Below the pieces are notes generated by a model that saw nothing but the letters and a program-made list of their open reading frames with translations, searched no databases and was not told the DNA's origin. A stretch of DNA of 64,000 bases from Eledone cirrhosa (taxonomy: Eukaryota). The stretch covers positions 109,182,001 through 109,246,000 of the forward strand of contig OZ024741.1 in assembly GCA_964016885.1 (NCBI GenBank). Direction: 5' to 3'. Below, one piece after another: positions 40,001 through 54,218 of this stretch (within the stretch, counting starts at the first letter, position 1; every line of letters starts with the position of its first letter). Both the position numbers and the translations under genes were made by a program.

Positions 40001-40466
40001 CTATTACACCCCTCTATTATCACAATCTCCTACATAGTCCCAACGTGCGTCTAAGATGCCATTCCAGTCCCCCGCTAACACTAAGGAGCTAGACATTCCC
40101 AGGAATGGCTCCAAACGCTTGAAGAACTCTGGTCGCGATGTACCAGTCTGAAAGCTCCACCTTAACTACCATTCACGTCCAGGACCACTAGGCTGCCCTC
40201 CGGGTTCAAGTGAATCGTCAGTATTTTGAGATCCAGGCTTTTTCGAAACAGAACAGCAACTCCTCTTCCACCTCCTGGCTGACAGAGAGATGCGTAGATC
40301 TCAAAATCATCGAACATGGGGGTTAGCTGCTTTTGTCGTGAATTCTGGACTCGGTGATGGCTATCACATCTATACAATGTGACCTGAGATCATTTAAAAG
40401 CTGGCCCTGTTTCCAGGGCATGCCCAGACCACGTACATTCAAACATCCAGCTTGTATAGTCGGCAT
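37056..40466 (-). pseudogene. Tx1/L1 ORF2 (APE endonuclease, RT, zinc-binding domain), frameshifted
   Basis: Starts MPTIQAGCLNVRGL. Motifs GVAVLF, SYLDRF, SDHKLV, FRPITQLN, LDQSKAFDRVDH, RQGCPLS, AYADD and CPR..ETVLNAIVQC. Confidence 0.92.
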
Positions 40467-40499
40467 GTTGGTGAAGAAGAGTTAAGGAGAGAAAAGGCA

Positions 40500-42348
40500 G
40501 GAACACTTACCTTTTCGTTTCCTGGGGGTCGGGTTGTTCGATCTCCAGGTCCAGATTGGTGGTGTTTGTTGAGGGAGGGAATCCTTTTAGCAGGACACGG
40601 TTAAGGGGCTTTTGGCAAGGGGGCCCACATTATGTGGGAAGTTCTCTTTTAAAGTTTCATACTGTAGGGTTGTTACCCTGATAAATTTGAGGTTTGGGGG
40701 TGGGTCGTTGGTGGGGAAAGTTTTCCCTTCCGTTTGTATTGTGGGGTCCTTTCGGATAGTTTCCACCAGTTCTTTGTTTCTTGTTTTTATGTATGTGTAG
40801 TGTTTTGTTTTTTATGTGTACTTTTTCTGTTTGTAGTTTTCTTTTTGTGGCTGGGGTTTGTGATTGTGGTGGTGTGGGTGTTTGTTTTGTTGGTGAAGTG
40901 TTTGGTTGTGTTGGTAGTGATAGTGTTGTTGGTGTGTTTGTCGTTTGTGGCGGTGTGTTTATGGTGGGGTTGGGTGTGCGCGTGTTTTCTGTAGATCTTT
41001 TTGTGTCTTTTTTGTTTTTTTGATTTTTGGGGTTCCTCTTCATTCTGACTTGGAGATGTAGAGGTTCCCGTATCTGAGACTTCTGAATCAGGGGTAGATG
41101 GGAGGGGTATGTTGTGTGGTGGAGTGTTTGTGCAGGTGTTTGTGGAAGTATTTGACAGGGGGGAAGAGACAATGGAGGGTTTTTCAATGGGATTTTGTGT
41201 GTGTGGCTCTCTCTGGTCTGTGGTGGTGTGGGAGTGGATGTTGCTGGTGTTTGTGTTGTGTTTGGTTTGGAGTGTTGATGTTGGGGTTTTGGTGTTGGTA
41301 ATAACACCTTGTTTGTCCTCGATTTGTTTAAGAGAGGGCAAAAGGCCTTTAAGTGTGTGATTTTCCCACACTTATGGCACTGAGGTCTTTTCCCCTCCAC
41401 TAAAATGGAGATGACATCTTCCTCAAGAACGATCCGGTCTGGTATTTTATCAACTCTCTCTGGCCTCATTTGTACCAGAACCTCGATGCAGGTTCCAAAC
41501 CAGTTATGCCGGTCTGTCCTGTCTACATATAGGAGGGTGTCCTCATCCTTCTTCAGGATGCAGCGTAGGATCCACCATATGTTGACCTCTGCTGTGATCC
41601 TGGTTATTTTTATTTTGTAGGAACTTCTTCCCATGTATGTGGGGAAGAAGATGTGTTGATCCGTTTTTATTGGGTGAACCGAGTGTTTTTGTGCCAGAGT
41701 TTCGCTCTTAAAGAGCACTGACACACTTCCATACTGTTTACCTCTTTGGAGGTATGACACGTCTGGCTTGATACCTTTTAGTGCAGCTTCGATAGTGCTT
41801 GTTGGGAGCGTTATGGGTTTTTTGGTAGTGATGTCAACTGTTCTATAAATTAGCTTCTTTTTCTGTGTCATTTCTCTTACTTGTGGGGGTATGTGTATGT
41901 GTGGGGTGTCAAACGTCACATAGTTGGAAGCTTCTTCCAAATATTGGGACTTTTGGGAAATATAAATGGAGTAGTATTTAAAATCCTGTTGCTTAGCAAC
42001 TGTTGCTGCAAAGGAAATTTTGTTATTGTTGTGTTGGTGGTGATGATGGTCTCATTCGTTGTGTTCCCACTGATTCCTTTTGTTGTGTTGTTGTTCTCAT
42101 TTATTGTGTTGTTGTTGTTGGTTGTGGTGGTATTAGTGTTTGCTACACATATTTCCTTCTGTGTGTGGATACATGTGACGTTTGTGACGTCAGGCGTGTT
42201 CAGTTGCTTACAAACAGCTTGTTCCTCTTCGCGATATTATTGGCATTCCTTTGTCCATGTCTGCTACTACCTGCTGGTCAAGTAGACATGGCTTTCCCTT
42301 CCCATCTTCTTGTTTTGACAGAGAAGCAGGTGCCTTTGCTTCAGCCAT
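40500..42348 (-). pseudogene. Tx1/L1 ORF1 with CCHC zinc knuckle, disrupted
   Basis: ORF 40657..41940 contains CHKCGKITHLKAFC. Upstream ATG at 42348; T/P/Q-rich tail. Confidence 0.75.
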
Positions 42349-42564
42349 TTTTTTTAATTTGAAGTGTTTTGCAAAAAAATTTTTTTCGAAAATATTTTGG
42401 ATGTTTCTGCCCTGAGGGGCACGATATTTTGGGAGACTGACCAGATAAAAATTTGATCTGTCAGTCCCTCTACAAATTGGTATAAAAATAAAAGTTCACA
42501 ATGACAAATTTCTAAAGAAATTTAAACAAAACTTACCGAGCAAGTTTAACACGTGTCCACCCCA

Positions 42565-42638
<74 letters not shown>

Positions 42639-43312
42639 TTGTTATCAACCCGCCGTCGAAACGGCTAGAGCTCAGCCAACGGGCAGTAACTCATCACAAT
42701 ATAAACATATATATATATATATATATACATATATACGCGTGTATGTGTGTGTGCGCATGCCTGTGTGTATATATATACACATACATATACATATATATGC
42801 GTGTATGTGTATATATATATATACACAGACACATATATATATGTATGTATGTGTGTGTGCGTGTGAGTGTGCGCGCGCGTGTGTGTGTGTCTGAGTGCGT
42901 GTTAGTTTTTCAGATAAAAGCAATATCAACGAAACCACTTCGTATATATATTCTTGTTCTTTTGTTTGTTTGTTTGTTTGCTTTTTATATTTCGATTTCA
43001 AATCAGTTGCGTCTGCATCTTTTACAACACGAAATCTTGTGGCCAAATTGATTGACTACAAATTATTTTTGTCATAAATATTTTGCTGGCGTAGTTTGTC
43101 GTTGTGATGGGGAACAAAATAAAATTGGTTGTCGGCCATACAGGGTAGAGAACAATTTCTAGAGACTGTTCATATCAGAAGAAAAAGTGTATCCAGGATA
43201 TAGTCTTTTGACGCTGGAACAAATGCAAAACGTGACGAACTGTCTATGGAGGTAATGAATAAGTTCATTTCACATGTACCTGCTGGTAGGTTTAGGTATA
43301 TTACACACACGC

Positions 43313-43410
<98 letters not shown>

Positions 43411-43445
43411 GCAAGAAAAACCACAAACCCTCCATCTCAATTCTA

Positions 43446-43481
43446 CTTTTGAAAAGCACAAGAACTGCGAAACCGGTAAAG
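43446..43481 (+). ncRNA. Minimal hammerhead ribozyme with U3-A8 compensatory core (UUGAAAA)
   Basis: ctt-TTGAAAA-gca caagaac tgc-GAAAC-cg-GTA-aag, AATAAA at 43488. Confidence 0.7.
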
Positions 43482-43599
43482 GACCCAAATAAATATTTTT
43501 AAAAAGACTCCAGTTGCATTTTCGATTTCACCTTTTTTCCTTAAACTTTCACTCGTGTAGGACATCTCGTTTTTTTTTTCGCTTTGTAAAAAAAACCTC

Positions 43600-43660
<61 letters not shown>

Positions 43661-43728
43661 CAAGGTTTAGCAAATAAGAAAAAGTTTCAAAATAAATTTT
43701 AAAAAATGAACTTTACTTACTATGGTTA

Positions 43729-43810
43729 CCTTTACCGAATCGGTTTCGAGTCTCAAAAATAAACGGAGTCCATACGGCATCCGTTGCAAAGAAAAACTCT
43801 CGTCGGAAGG
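43729..43810 (-). ncRNA. Hammerhead-like motif, core CCGACGA, long stem II
   Basis: Minus strand: cctt-CCGACGA-gagtttt..aacgga..tccgtt..gagactc-GAA-accg att cggt-A-aagg. Confidence 0.72.
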
Positions 43811-44394
43811 ATCTTTTCACTCGGAGAATATAAAATTCCCGAGTTCAAATTACGAACTGGCGCTATTCAAAATTGTTCCCGAGATGAGAGTAAATGAAGT
43901 GGAAGCAGTTCTTTCAAGTGCCGTGTGTAAAGATAGAGGCAGAGGCAGGGTGGTCAGTCGGCTCCCGCTATAACTAGCAGCAGTCAGAACGACCAAATTT
44001 GTTATATATATATATATATGTAGATAAATCTACCAAAATATACGGTACTGTCCAATCGATAATATACGGTAGTGTCCAATCCATAATTTATATATATATA
44101 TATAAGGTATCTATTTTTGAAGTTCTAGTTAAACTTTATTCAGTTACCTACCTAGCTATGTGTGCTTACACACTTTTACAAATTATCCCCTGTGATTGTT
44201 TCATATGTCTATTTATATGTCAATCAATTTCTAGTTGATATATATATATATAATTTTATATATATATATTGTTATATTTCTTTCTATTATTTTTTATTAT
44301 CTCCTACTCTCATTTGACTTACCTATTCTATAACTTCCCTCCTCCATTTTCTCCTGAACAATTTTTCGACTTTTCATACACTATCCTTAGAATC

Positions 44395-44755
44395 TGCTGT
44401 ATAGATTTCACTTTCAACGCTTGACCGGCTCCACTCACTCCCTCATTGTTCTACAGGCAAGTTCAGCCACCCCTACCTCCCACCAATTGCCATGGTAGAC
44501 TTGTGTGTGTTTACAACAATTTTTTTACCAATCCTCTCGACAACTACAATCTTCCCATATAAGGAAGTGCCGCTTGACAAGTTCGGCTATTTATTTACCA
44601 GGCTAAAAATTCTAATTTACTCCAGAAATAGCCGTCGAAACGGCTTGAGCTCTGCCGTCGGGGTCATACTTTTTCCTATTACCCACTCTACTACCCTAAG
44701 TATTGAGTACTCTGGTGCGTTATGGTCCATCTGGTTCCTTACCACAATTCCTTCG

Positions 44756-44757
<2 letters not shown>
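44395..44757 (+). mobile_element. Pseudo-LTR copy of the 26606-28225 PLE family with a decayed hammerhead (44569-44664)
   Basis: Matches 27930-28225 and the reverse complement of 26606-26700. The core is degenerate while stems II and III are retained. Confidence 0.8.
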
Positions 44758-44843
<86 letters not shown>

Positions 44844-45270
44844 ATATATGTATATATGTATGCATGTATGTAATATATTTGTGCGTATGTGTAATATGTA
44901 ATACACACATATAGGTTTATTTACATATATGTCTATACATAATAGATATAACATATATATATTCACACACTAACATACATAGATGCATACATAAATTCAT
45001 GTCTTCATACATACATACATAACATACATACATATATGTGCATGTGTTTGTGTATATGCGTGTGTATGTGTGTGCATGTGTGCGTATCTGTATATTTATT
45101 GATATATGTATGTGTTTAAGGCTATTGATTTAGGAGGAAGTCAATTCGTCAATAAGAATAGAAATAGATTTATGTCTACTAAATATTTCTATGCTGAAAG
45201 TATCTTTATTTGTTTTTCTCCATTATAAAATATGATAGCATGCAAGTGCAAATTTATCTGTGTGTGAGCG

Positions 45271-45301
<31 letters not shown>

Positions 45302-45321
45302 GTATCTGTCTGTGTGTACGC

Positions 45322-45428
<107 letters not shown>

Positions 45429-45461
45429 GGGGGGGAGATAATAGGAGTCATATATACTGCT

Positions 45462-45501
<40 letters not shown>

Positions 45502-47249
45502 TCGTGTATTATGTGCCACAATATATTTTGTATAGCATGAGAAATCATAAAATTAAAGGATGTATGCAGATGAGCTGATAGATGTAACTACATATGTATG
45601 CAAATTTCCAACTTGCACAAACACATTTATAATATTTACATATACCCGTAAAAGCACACAAGTAATTACCAGAAGATTACAAACTGCAACGTACCTATGT
45701 CTCTCTAAGTACATTTATAAGTAGGTATATGAAGCCAAACACACACAACAGACACTCCCGCCCACACCCATATCTATGTGTACATTGTACAAACCTCAGC
45801 AGTCGTTTGTGATTTAAAAAAAATATATTTCTAAAGCTAATTATAATATTTAAAAAGTGAAAAATTGTTTCATTTTCATTTGCAGTTTCGTTGAATATAA
45901 ATGGAGGTTTGGCTTGATCGAACTCTCATAAGGCGAATATATAATATAATGCATTTTATTGGCATAACATATAAAAACAGGACAGTGGCGTACAGAGAAG
46001 TGGTGCAGAGGTGTAAGGAACTGGTCATGCATAACAAGGCAAACATGTAAGGGCATCAAATCAAAGCATCATACAATGTTGTCAATTCAATATGGCTTCT
46101 GAGTTCAGTATCCACTTAGATCTTTCAAGCTTCGATTTAAAATCTGCGCAATTTTTCGGCCTGGTCAAAAGACTGAGAAATATATTAATTTAAGTTTGAT
46201 GCGTATGCTAAGACAAAACTTATGTTGCTGATTTTGTATTAATTTGATGCATTTCTGTTAAGTTTGATCAGCTTTTTACATATTTAAAATGTATTTCTTG
46301 CTCAGATTTTTCAGTATACTTGAATTTTAGGAGCATACAATCATGGAGTTGGCCTTGGGCATCATCAAACGTCTGCACGCCACGGAAACAGAAATAACTA
46401 AGCATGCAGTTTTCAGTGACTTAGATGTCAGTCTTTACTTCAGAATAAGAACAGCACTTGAATAAAACCTATTTCCTAATCAGCTGGTTCGTTCCTTCAT
46501 AAACAGAAACAACAGCCACGAATGAATATAGAGAACCGAATAGTAAGATAGTGGGGCGGCTAACGATAAGTAAATTTAGTAAAATAACATAGGTTCGTGA
46601 GGAAAAGATATGAAGCCTGACATTTCCACTAAGGTGGCCCAAATCATTAGCATTTACATAAATACACACAAGGACACAATCACATACTTACATACAAACA
46701 TGCTCACGCAAACATACGCACATACACTCACACGACACACACACACACACACACAAGGGCACATGCACAAAGACGCACACATACACAAACACACACTCAC
46801 ATACATGCACACACACGCACATAAACAAACACTCAAGCACACATATAACACACATAGCCAAGCAAACACTTCCCCAAACATCCACACAGGTATACACACA
46901 CGTAACCAAGCACACAATCTCCCACCACACACAGCCAAACACACACTCCCCTCCAACACACACACACACAACAAAACACATATTCCTCACACATACATGT
47001 ACACACAAGCACAATCACACAATCACATAAGTACACATACGGACTTGCAACACACAAACTTACATCTGGAACATTTAAATAACAAAACTATTAAAAAAAA
47101 ACCAGGAACATGCCTGATAATTTCAAAAGTAAGGACTCAATGCCAAATACATACACAACAGGATATAGAGAAACAAGTAGAAATGAATGTCGTTATCAAA
47201 CAATTACTGCTTTATTAATTGGAAACGATTCCACAAACGTGAAAAATCG

Positions 47250-47753
47250 ATCTAGATACACGACATATGCCTTAAATCTCATGCTACATAATCACAATGT
47301 TTAACCTTGCTATTGTCCTTCATTTACAATTTAAAATATGATAATAACCAAAGGAGGGTTGAACTGAAATTACTCTACCAGTCCCTAGACGATATACTTG
47401 AAGAAGATGAAGAAATACCTAACATGAAACTAAAACAAACACTTCATGATCTACAAAACAATAATAATATTGTAATATGTAAAATTAACAAGAATAATGT
47501 ATTTGTAATTAAAGATAAATACGAAAACATCGCTAGCATTAACAATCTATTCAACGAAAAAATCGCTACTCAATTAAAATCTAATCGGATAAAATTGATT
47601 TCTGCTGCCATTGCACGAATACAATCCACCCCCATACCTTCACAATTCTTCACCTGTTATCATCAACATTTTATCAACTTTAACCCGTTTTCGCATGTAC
47701 TCCAAATACAAAAAAAGTTATCTAATCTTCTGCCTTATCGTAGAAAGTTATGA
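47250..47753 (+). pseudogene. Highly degenerate PLE RT N-terminal fragment
   Basis: LHDLQNNNNIVICKINKNNVFVIKDK resembles the PLE LxxNxxIVIxxADKGxxxVIxDK motif. Confidence 0.45.
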
Positions 47754-48758
47754 GAGATCACTAGTGTTTTGCTAGTAAATTGTAAAACTGGAAGAATTCT
47801 AGTAGTAGTCACGTAGTTTTTAGTACGTCAGAATAATTGTTATTTCTAAACATTTAAACATGGGTTATATTTCTAAATTAGCACTTTCTGTTTCTTTATT
47901 CTTTTTATTTGATATCATTTCCAAAAGAATAATGACTTAGAACAATTCTAATGCTGCGAAAATTTCTTCCTACACATCATTCAGTATTCCCTCTCAGTGG
48001 AACCCTTTTTGTATTTATATCTTGGATTTGTTTCGGTAGTCAGTCATCCGGTGGAAGTACCATTTCGTTGTTCAGAAAGGTTTCATTTAAATGCTTCAAC
48101 AACCTCCAAGATATATAAGCCAATTATAGAGCGATAATTTACAAATTTGATTGCGAACATCAAAGCTGCGAATTTCATGAGTCTAGATATTTCTCTGGCC
48201 ATTACTATACAATACAGTCTATATTTTTAGCAATTAACAATTCCAACACGATATATTACGCGAGCTAAAACAAAATTAAGTAGAAAAAATGATCAGCAGA
48301 AACATATAAGTTATGTGTGTGTGTGTGAAGAGAGAAGGAGAGAGGGAGAGATGCAAGTAAAATATGGGTGTAAATGAAGGGGTGCACGTGAAAGAGGGAG
48401 TGAATGATATAAAGAGAAATGTTATTGCGGGACTTAAGGAACTTGAACATTAATGTGATATTGGAAATGAGAAAGATAGATTGGGTGTAAATCATGGCAG
48501 AAAAAAGCTAAATTTTCGAATGAAATCTAAATTTAGAGAAAAGTTAACGAGGTATTAATAAAGAGAGAGAAAGAGAGAAAGAATGATTCTTAGAAGGAAA
48601 TTCTAACAGAATTTTAAGTACTTTAAAACAAAGAATATAATATATATGTCAAGAAGTAAATATGAAAGAATACATCAAAGTGAACTATGAAAGAAAAGAA
48701 TGAAATGGGGATTCATGAAATGACTATCAAAGATTATACGAAGGAAAATTGCAGTAAG

Positions 48759-48947
48759 TAATTGTTTCTATTTTTGGCACAAGGCCAGCAATTACCCAGT
48801 GCATTACTGGTACTTTATTTTATCGACCCCGTAAGGATGAAAGGCAAAGTTAACCTCGGTGGGATTTGAACTCAGACCATAAAGGGCCGTAACTCTATGC
48901 CGCAAAGCATGGCGTCTGACCCTCTACCGATACTGCCAATCCACCGA
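48759..48947 (-). mobile_element. tRNA-derived SINE (family A) with target-site duplication
   Basis: Full-length copy with aattgcagtaa on both flanks. Confidence 0.88.
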
Positions 48948-50044
48948 CCTAATTGCAGTAAATAATGAAAGAAGAAAGAAATATAAACAAGAAAATAAAG
49001 AAATCATGATAGAAGTAAAATGTAAAACATGGAACGAATAAAATTCGAAAATCTAAATGTAAAACCGAATGAAACCAGAGAGAAATACGAACGAGAATTG
49101 AATGAAAATGTAAAATCAGAAAAACGTATAATTAAAAAAAACAATAAACGAAAGTGAGAAATAAACAAACACAAAAAGAAAACAAAATCCAAAATATAGC
49201 AAATCAAATAACAAATAAACGATGTTTGTCTGGCAAGAACAGAAGAATTCCTGAAAAGATAAAGTAAAACGAAATTACTGAAAAAGACAGCAAGAGTGAA
49301 AGTATAGCGTGTAGAATATAAAAATGAATATTCTTGTTATGTTTGTGAGTATGTTGTGTTCTGTAAATATTTTATTGATCTTCATATTACTTGGAATTGA
49401 GAGAGAATAACAAATAGAAGCAAGAGAAACGACAAAAAAGGACATAGAACATGATTTCTATAAGAAAAATCAAACAAAAGATGTTGCGGCAATCTTTTAG
49501 AAACATGACGACCAAATAAATTAAACATTAATCGATGAATTCTAACAAATGTAATGGCATATAATGTAGGTGTTTAGATAGATTTCCCGTAGTTTTGTTT
49601 GTTGGTTTGGGTTTTATAGTTGGCGGTGTTGGCGGGCGAGACTAGGAATCAGAGGCGATTTTATCCTATAGCAAGGTTAGGTCATAGTACCTGAAAATAG
49701 AGAGTGGGGAGATAATTAGTAAGGGCTTTGAAAACATGATTTATGTATGTATATATATAAACACAATCTATTTCTAGAATCATTGACCGATGGGAAGTTT
49801 GAGAATTTGAAAGAAGCATCAACTTTGTTTGACGATGAAAAATAGTCATGGTACTGTACAAAATGTTCTCTGTATTCAATGTTTATATCCCCAACTTATG
49901 AGACTATTTTTCATAGTCAAACAACGTTGGTGCTTCTTTCAAATTCTCCAAAATATATACATATATACACACGCATATATATATATATATATGCGTGTGT
50001 AAATATATGTATGTGTTTGTAAATCACATGGAAATAGAAGAATG

Positions 50045-50149
<105 letters not shown>

Positions 50150-51023
50150 GTGTGTGGGGGTGGGGGGTATTCTCAGAAAGTTTGAATGCTCGCCCAAATG
50201 TGTGAATCATCTACACTAGTTCAAGGGTATGATAGCTCTAGTTGTTATTGGAGGATTGAATTCTGAGTCCTTCAGTGTAAAAGAAGGAATCATCTGCAAC
50301 CAAATTCAGATACATAAGTCTCATAATTTACAAGGACTGAGCACTGGGCGAATAGAATTTCAACCACCACAAACATGCGGTTGTAGCTTTTGAATGGCCC
50401 GGAAATAGTGTTTCAGCGATCTTAAGCAACTTAACAAGTTTCTCATCTACATTACAGACTGTCATTCTACTTTCCTGAACGAGTGTGCGAGCTTAACCAA
50501 GTATAGTCCATACATTAAAATTTTCGATGTTATTAACATCCAGTGTCTCCACAAGATTTCCCATAGAAACCTTTCGTAGAACTAACACCACTAACATCGA
50601 ATTCTAATATACAGGCATCAACAAAATTGCTGTTTATGAGTTGCTTTGTAGCCATGTATATTTTTATACGTATGTGAGTGTTTGTGTGTGTTTGCAGCGG
50701 GTATGTGTAGGTGAGTAAGTGTGTGTTTGCCGTGGGTATGCCTGTGTGAAAGTTGAGCGTGCATGTTTGCAGTTATTATCTGTGAAATTTGAGTGGTGTA
50801 AACATATATATTTAATGTCCCGTTTGGAATGTGGGATTTTGATTTTTAAAGCTATATGACAGTGTGTCTGTGTTTTTACAGTGAATGTCATGTGTGTGTG
50901 GGTGTATTTTTATGTTGTTATTGTTGTATTTCTTGGGTGTGTGCGTATGAGTCTACGTCGTGTGCATGGGGAGGGTGTTAGAGAAAGCCAGTTTGGGAAT
51001 TGGGAGTAACTGTGTGGGAGAAA

Positions 51024-51077
51024 AGTTCTGAAGAGAGGAAGATAAATTCTCTTTCACTCGAAATGATCCACAGAGCT
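51024..51077 (+). ncRNA. Decayed hammerhead-like motif
   Basis: agtt-CTGAAGA-gag..ctc-GAAA-tgatccac-a-gagct. U16.1 is missing and stem I is out of register. Confidence 0.4.
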
Positions 51078-51485
51078 ATCAGGTGAAGCAAATATATATC
51101 CCTTAGAGAAATATTTATTTTCAAATAGAAATTACCGTCCGTTCAATATGACTCATATAATCTCTGTTAACCTGTGAAACATAGAGGTCCCAATGCCCTC
51201 TTATATAAAGGTATACACGCTTGGACCCGTTAGAATGCATCGCTTTTTATTTGCATTTGAAAAGAAGGTTCTAAACTTGAAATATCATGATGAAATATAC
51301 TGGGTAAAAAACATGATTTTGTTTTGTCTTACTTGTAATACTTTGCCCTAATACCACATTTATATATATTGTTTATTTGTTTGCGTTCCAGCCGAGGGGC
51401 TGGGACATATATATATATATGCATTCCTGGGGATTTGTTATGAATGAAACTGTTCTAGTCCTGTATAAGCAATTTCTATATTAAA

Positions 51486-51675
51486 TAATTTTTTCTACTT
51501 TTGGCACAAGGCCAGCAATTACCCAGTTCATTACTGGTACTTTATTTTATCGACCTCGTAAGGATGAAAGGCAAAGTTAACCTTGGCGGGATTTGAACCC
51601 AGATCTTAAAGGGACGTAACTATGCTGGAAAGCATGGTGTCCGACTCTCTACCGATACTGCCAATTCACCGCCCT
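51486..51675 (-). mobile_element. tRNA-derived SINE (family A) with target-site duplication
   Basis: aatttctatattaaataat on both flanks. Confidence 0.88.
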
Positions 51676-52124
51676 AATTTCTATATTAAATAATGATCTT
51701 CACTCGCTACGAATGTACTGCGTACCTTTTTTACTGTGGTAACCACCGATTGAACTTGGGATTTCTCCCGAATGAAACAGTTCTAGTCCTGTAGAAGCCA
51801 TTTCTATAATAAAAATGTATACTCTGCTATGTATTGAGGACCTTACTTACTGTGATTACCTCTGATTGAACCCGTGATACCCCCCCCCCACACACACACA
51901 CATATATATGTTTATATATATGCATATATATATATAACAAAGAAGGTGTGGTAAGATACCAGGTGGACCATAACGCACCAGAGTAGTCGATACTTAGGGT
52001 AGTAGAGTGGGTAATAGGAAAAGAGTTCGTTCGGATCTAGCTGTCAAAACGGCCGGAGCTCAGCCGTCGGGATCCTGGCACTTTTCCTATAGATATATAT
52101 AGATATATAAATATATATATATGA

Positions 52125-52230
52125 TCATCATCATCATCATCATCATTTTACGTCCGCTTTTCCCTGCTTGCAAGGGTGGGACGGGTCTTATTCAGCACAG
52201 CATCTCTCCACTCGTCACGGTCCTTCGTCA
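52125..52230 (-). mobile_element. Short LINE 3' end with (GAT)n tail (RTE-like)
   Basis: (cat)n followed by ttttacgtccgcttttccctgcttgcaaggg. Confidence 0.45.
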
Positions 52231-52379
52231 ATATATATATATATATTCCTACTGCATTGTATCGGATTTTTGAAGTTCTCATCAATTATTGTTATATATA
52301 TATAGCAAGGGTAAAAATATAACACTGGTTGCATCTAGAGAGCTATATAGGAGACTATAAGATTGCTTGAGCGATGATA

Positions 52380-53086
52380 CCTCCTAGCCCTGGTCAAGGT
52401 CACCCGAGCCCGCGAGGTCGATCGCACCAACACCCTCACACAACGACATCGCCCCCCAACCAATCAGTTACCGTTTCTTCTTATCTACCAATTCTCCATC
52501 ATGCCTCTTCAGAGGACGATCCTCTGTCTCTTCCTCACCTTGCAGTCGGACCCCTCCACCTCCTCCATTTTTCACCTTCTTTCCCTCCTCTCATTCAATC
52601 ACGCACACAACTTCAGTAATCTCCTCGTCCGCAGTTAGCTTTCCCTCTCCCACTCAGCTCCAGGATCTTACCCCTTCTCGCGGTCCTTCTGTCTCACTTG
52701 TCCTTTCCTCACCAACACCACCATTCTCTCCGGAGCCACTGGCAGAACTTTTCACGTTAGGGAGTCTTTCCGCTGCACCTACAAGGGTCTCGTTTACGGG
52801 ATCCGGTGCACGCTATGTGAGGCTATCTATATTGGCAAAGACCAGGCGTCGTATGATGGACTGATTTGCCGAGCACCTCAAAGACATCCGAATGGGCGGC
52901 CCGTCTCCCATCGCCCATCATTTCTACTCCATGCAACACTCCAAGAAACACCTCACAATTTCGACTTTGTCGCCTGCGCCGGATCACCGGACTCACGCCA
53001 TAGGAGAGAAAAAACACCTCAATTTTCTTCTCCAATCCTTTACCCCCAACCCCGGTCTAGACGATACACTACTTTCCCCTAACTAG
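52380..53086 (+). pseudogene. PLE GIY-YIG fragment with CxxC linker (Neptune-like)
   Basis: CLTCPFL..FRCTYKGLVYGIRCTLCEAIYIGK, then a frameshift, FAEHL..SPIAHHF. Confidence 0.8.
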
Positions 53087-53723
53087 CACCTTCAACACAT
53101 CCACCACACTTCCACTGAATCAGCAACGAACCATCCCAACTACAGAGGAACTCCTCCACCAGCACACCCACCCACATATAGCAGTACATGGATATACTAA
53201 CATATTTCCATACTGCACACACACACCACGGGTTCTTACACAACTATAATCCATAATTATGTGAATTGTGACAAATATATTTTCAAATGTCAATGTTCTC
53301 AACACTTCGCAAGTTAACCAAATCATTCCTACATTTCTCGGCTCAGGTTTAAATCTTATAAAAAGACCATAATTCACTACGGGAATCCTTTTGTGTAATG
53401 TTTTACACTCTCACATGGTATACAAGAGGTGCCTGATTCAATTATTCGCACTTATCCCTGTCTAATATTTTTCCGTCTCTCTGAGTACTTTGGAGGGTTC
53501 GTTCAACTATTATTATAGTCATCTGCATTATGCCAAATAAATTTTCAAATTTCAATTTCCCAAAGCTTTGTAAATCATTCAGTCTTGTTTACTCTCCTTG
53601 AAAGAAACACACACACACACACACACACATAGCTACACAGATACATACACATACACACATAGATTCATACATACATACATACATACATACATACATACAT
53701 ACATACATACATACATACATACA

Positions 53724-53756
<33 letters not shown>

Positions 53757-54076
53757 GAGTAGGGTATGTATATGATTTATGTAAATATAAACGCGTAGAT
53801 TATCTGTTGCGTTTTAATGACTTTCCTTCTATTTCAACGTCTGTTGCACAAATTGATGCTAGCGTCTATAGATTTCTCATAGTTTACTCTATGAGACAGA
53901 CACACATGTATACATATATAAAGGAGCGTGTGTGAAGATCTGTAAGTGAGTGTGCGCTCGCGTGTCTGATCTTTTCAGGTACAGAAACACAACTACAGCT
54001 AGTAAAATGTTTTAAAAGCTTAGCGAATTTTGTGATATATATATATATATATTGTTTTTTTTACATATATTTATGT

Positions 54077-54218
<142 letters not shown>

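Larger units (their letters stand above)
36864..42564 (-). mobile_element. Full-length L1/Tx1-clade non-LTR retrotransposon
   Basis: ORF1 plus ORF2 architecture. 3' end aaataaagaaaga. Candidate 14-bp TSD gagata(a/g)atagata at 36850-36863 and 42565-42578. Confidence 0.9.

Noticed and set aside
50300-50640. Degenerate PLE RT fragment on the minus strand
   Set aside because: Only one weak motif (IRPVLS) amid many stops.
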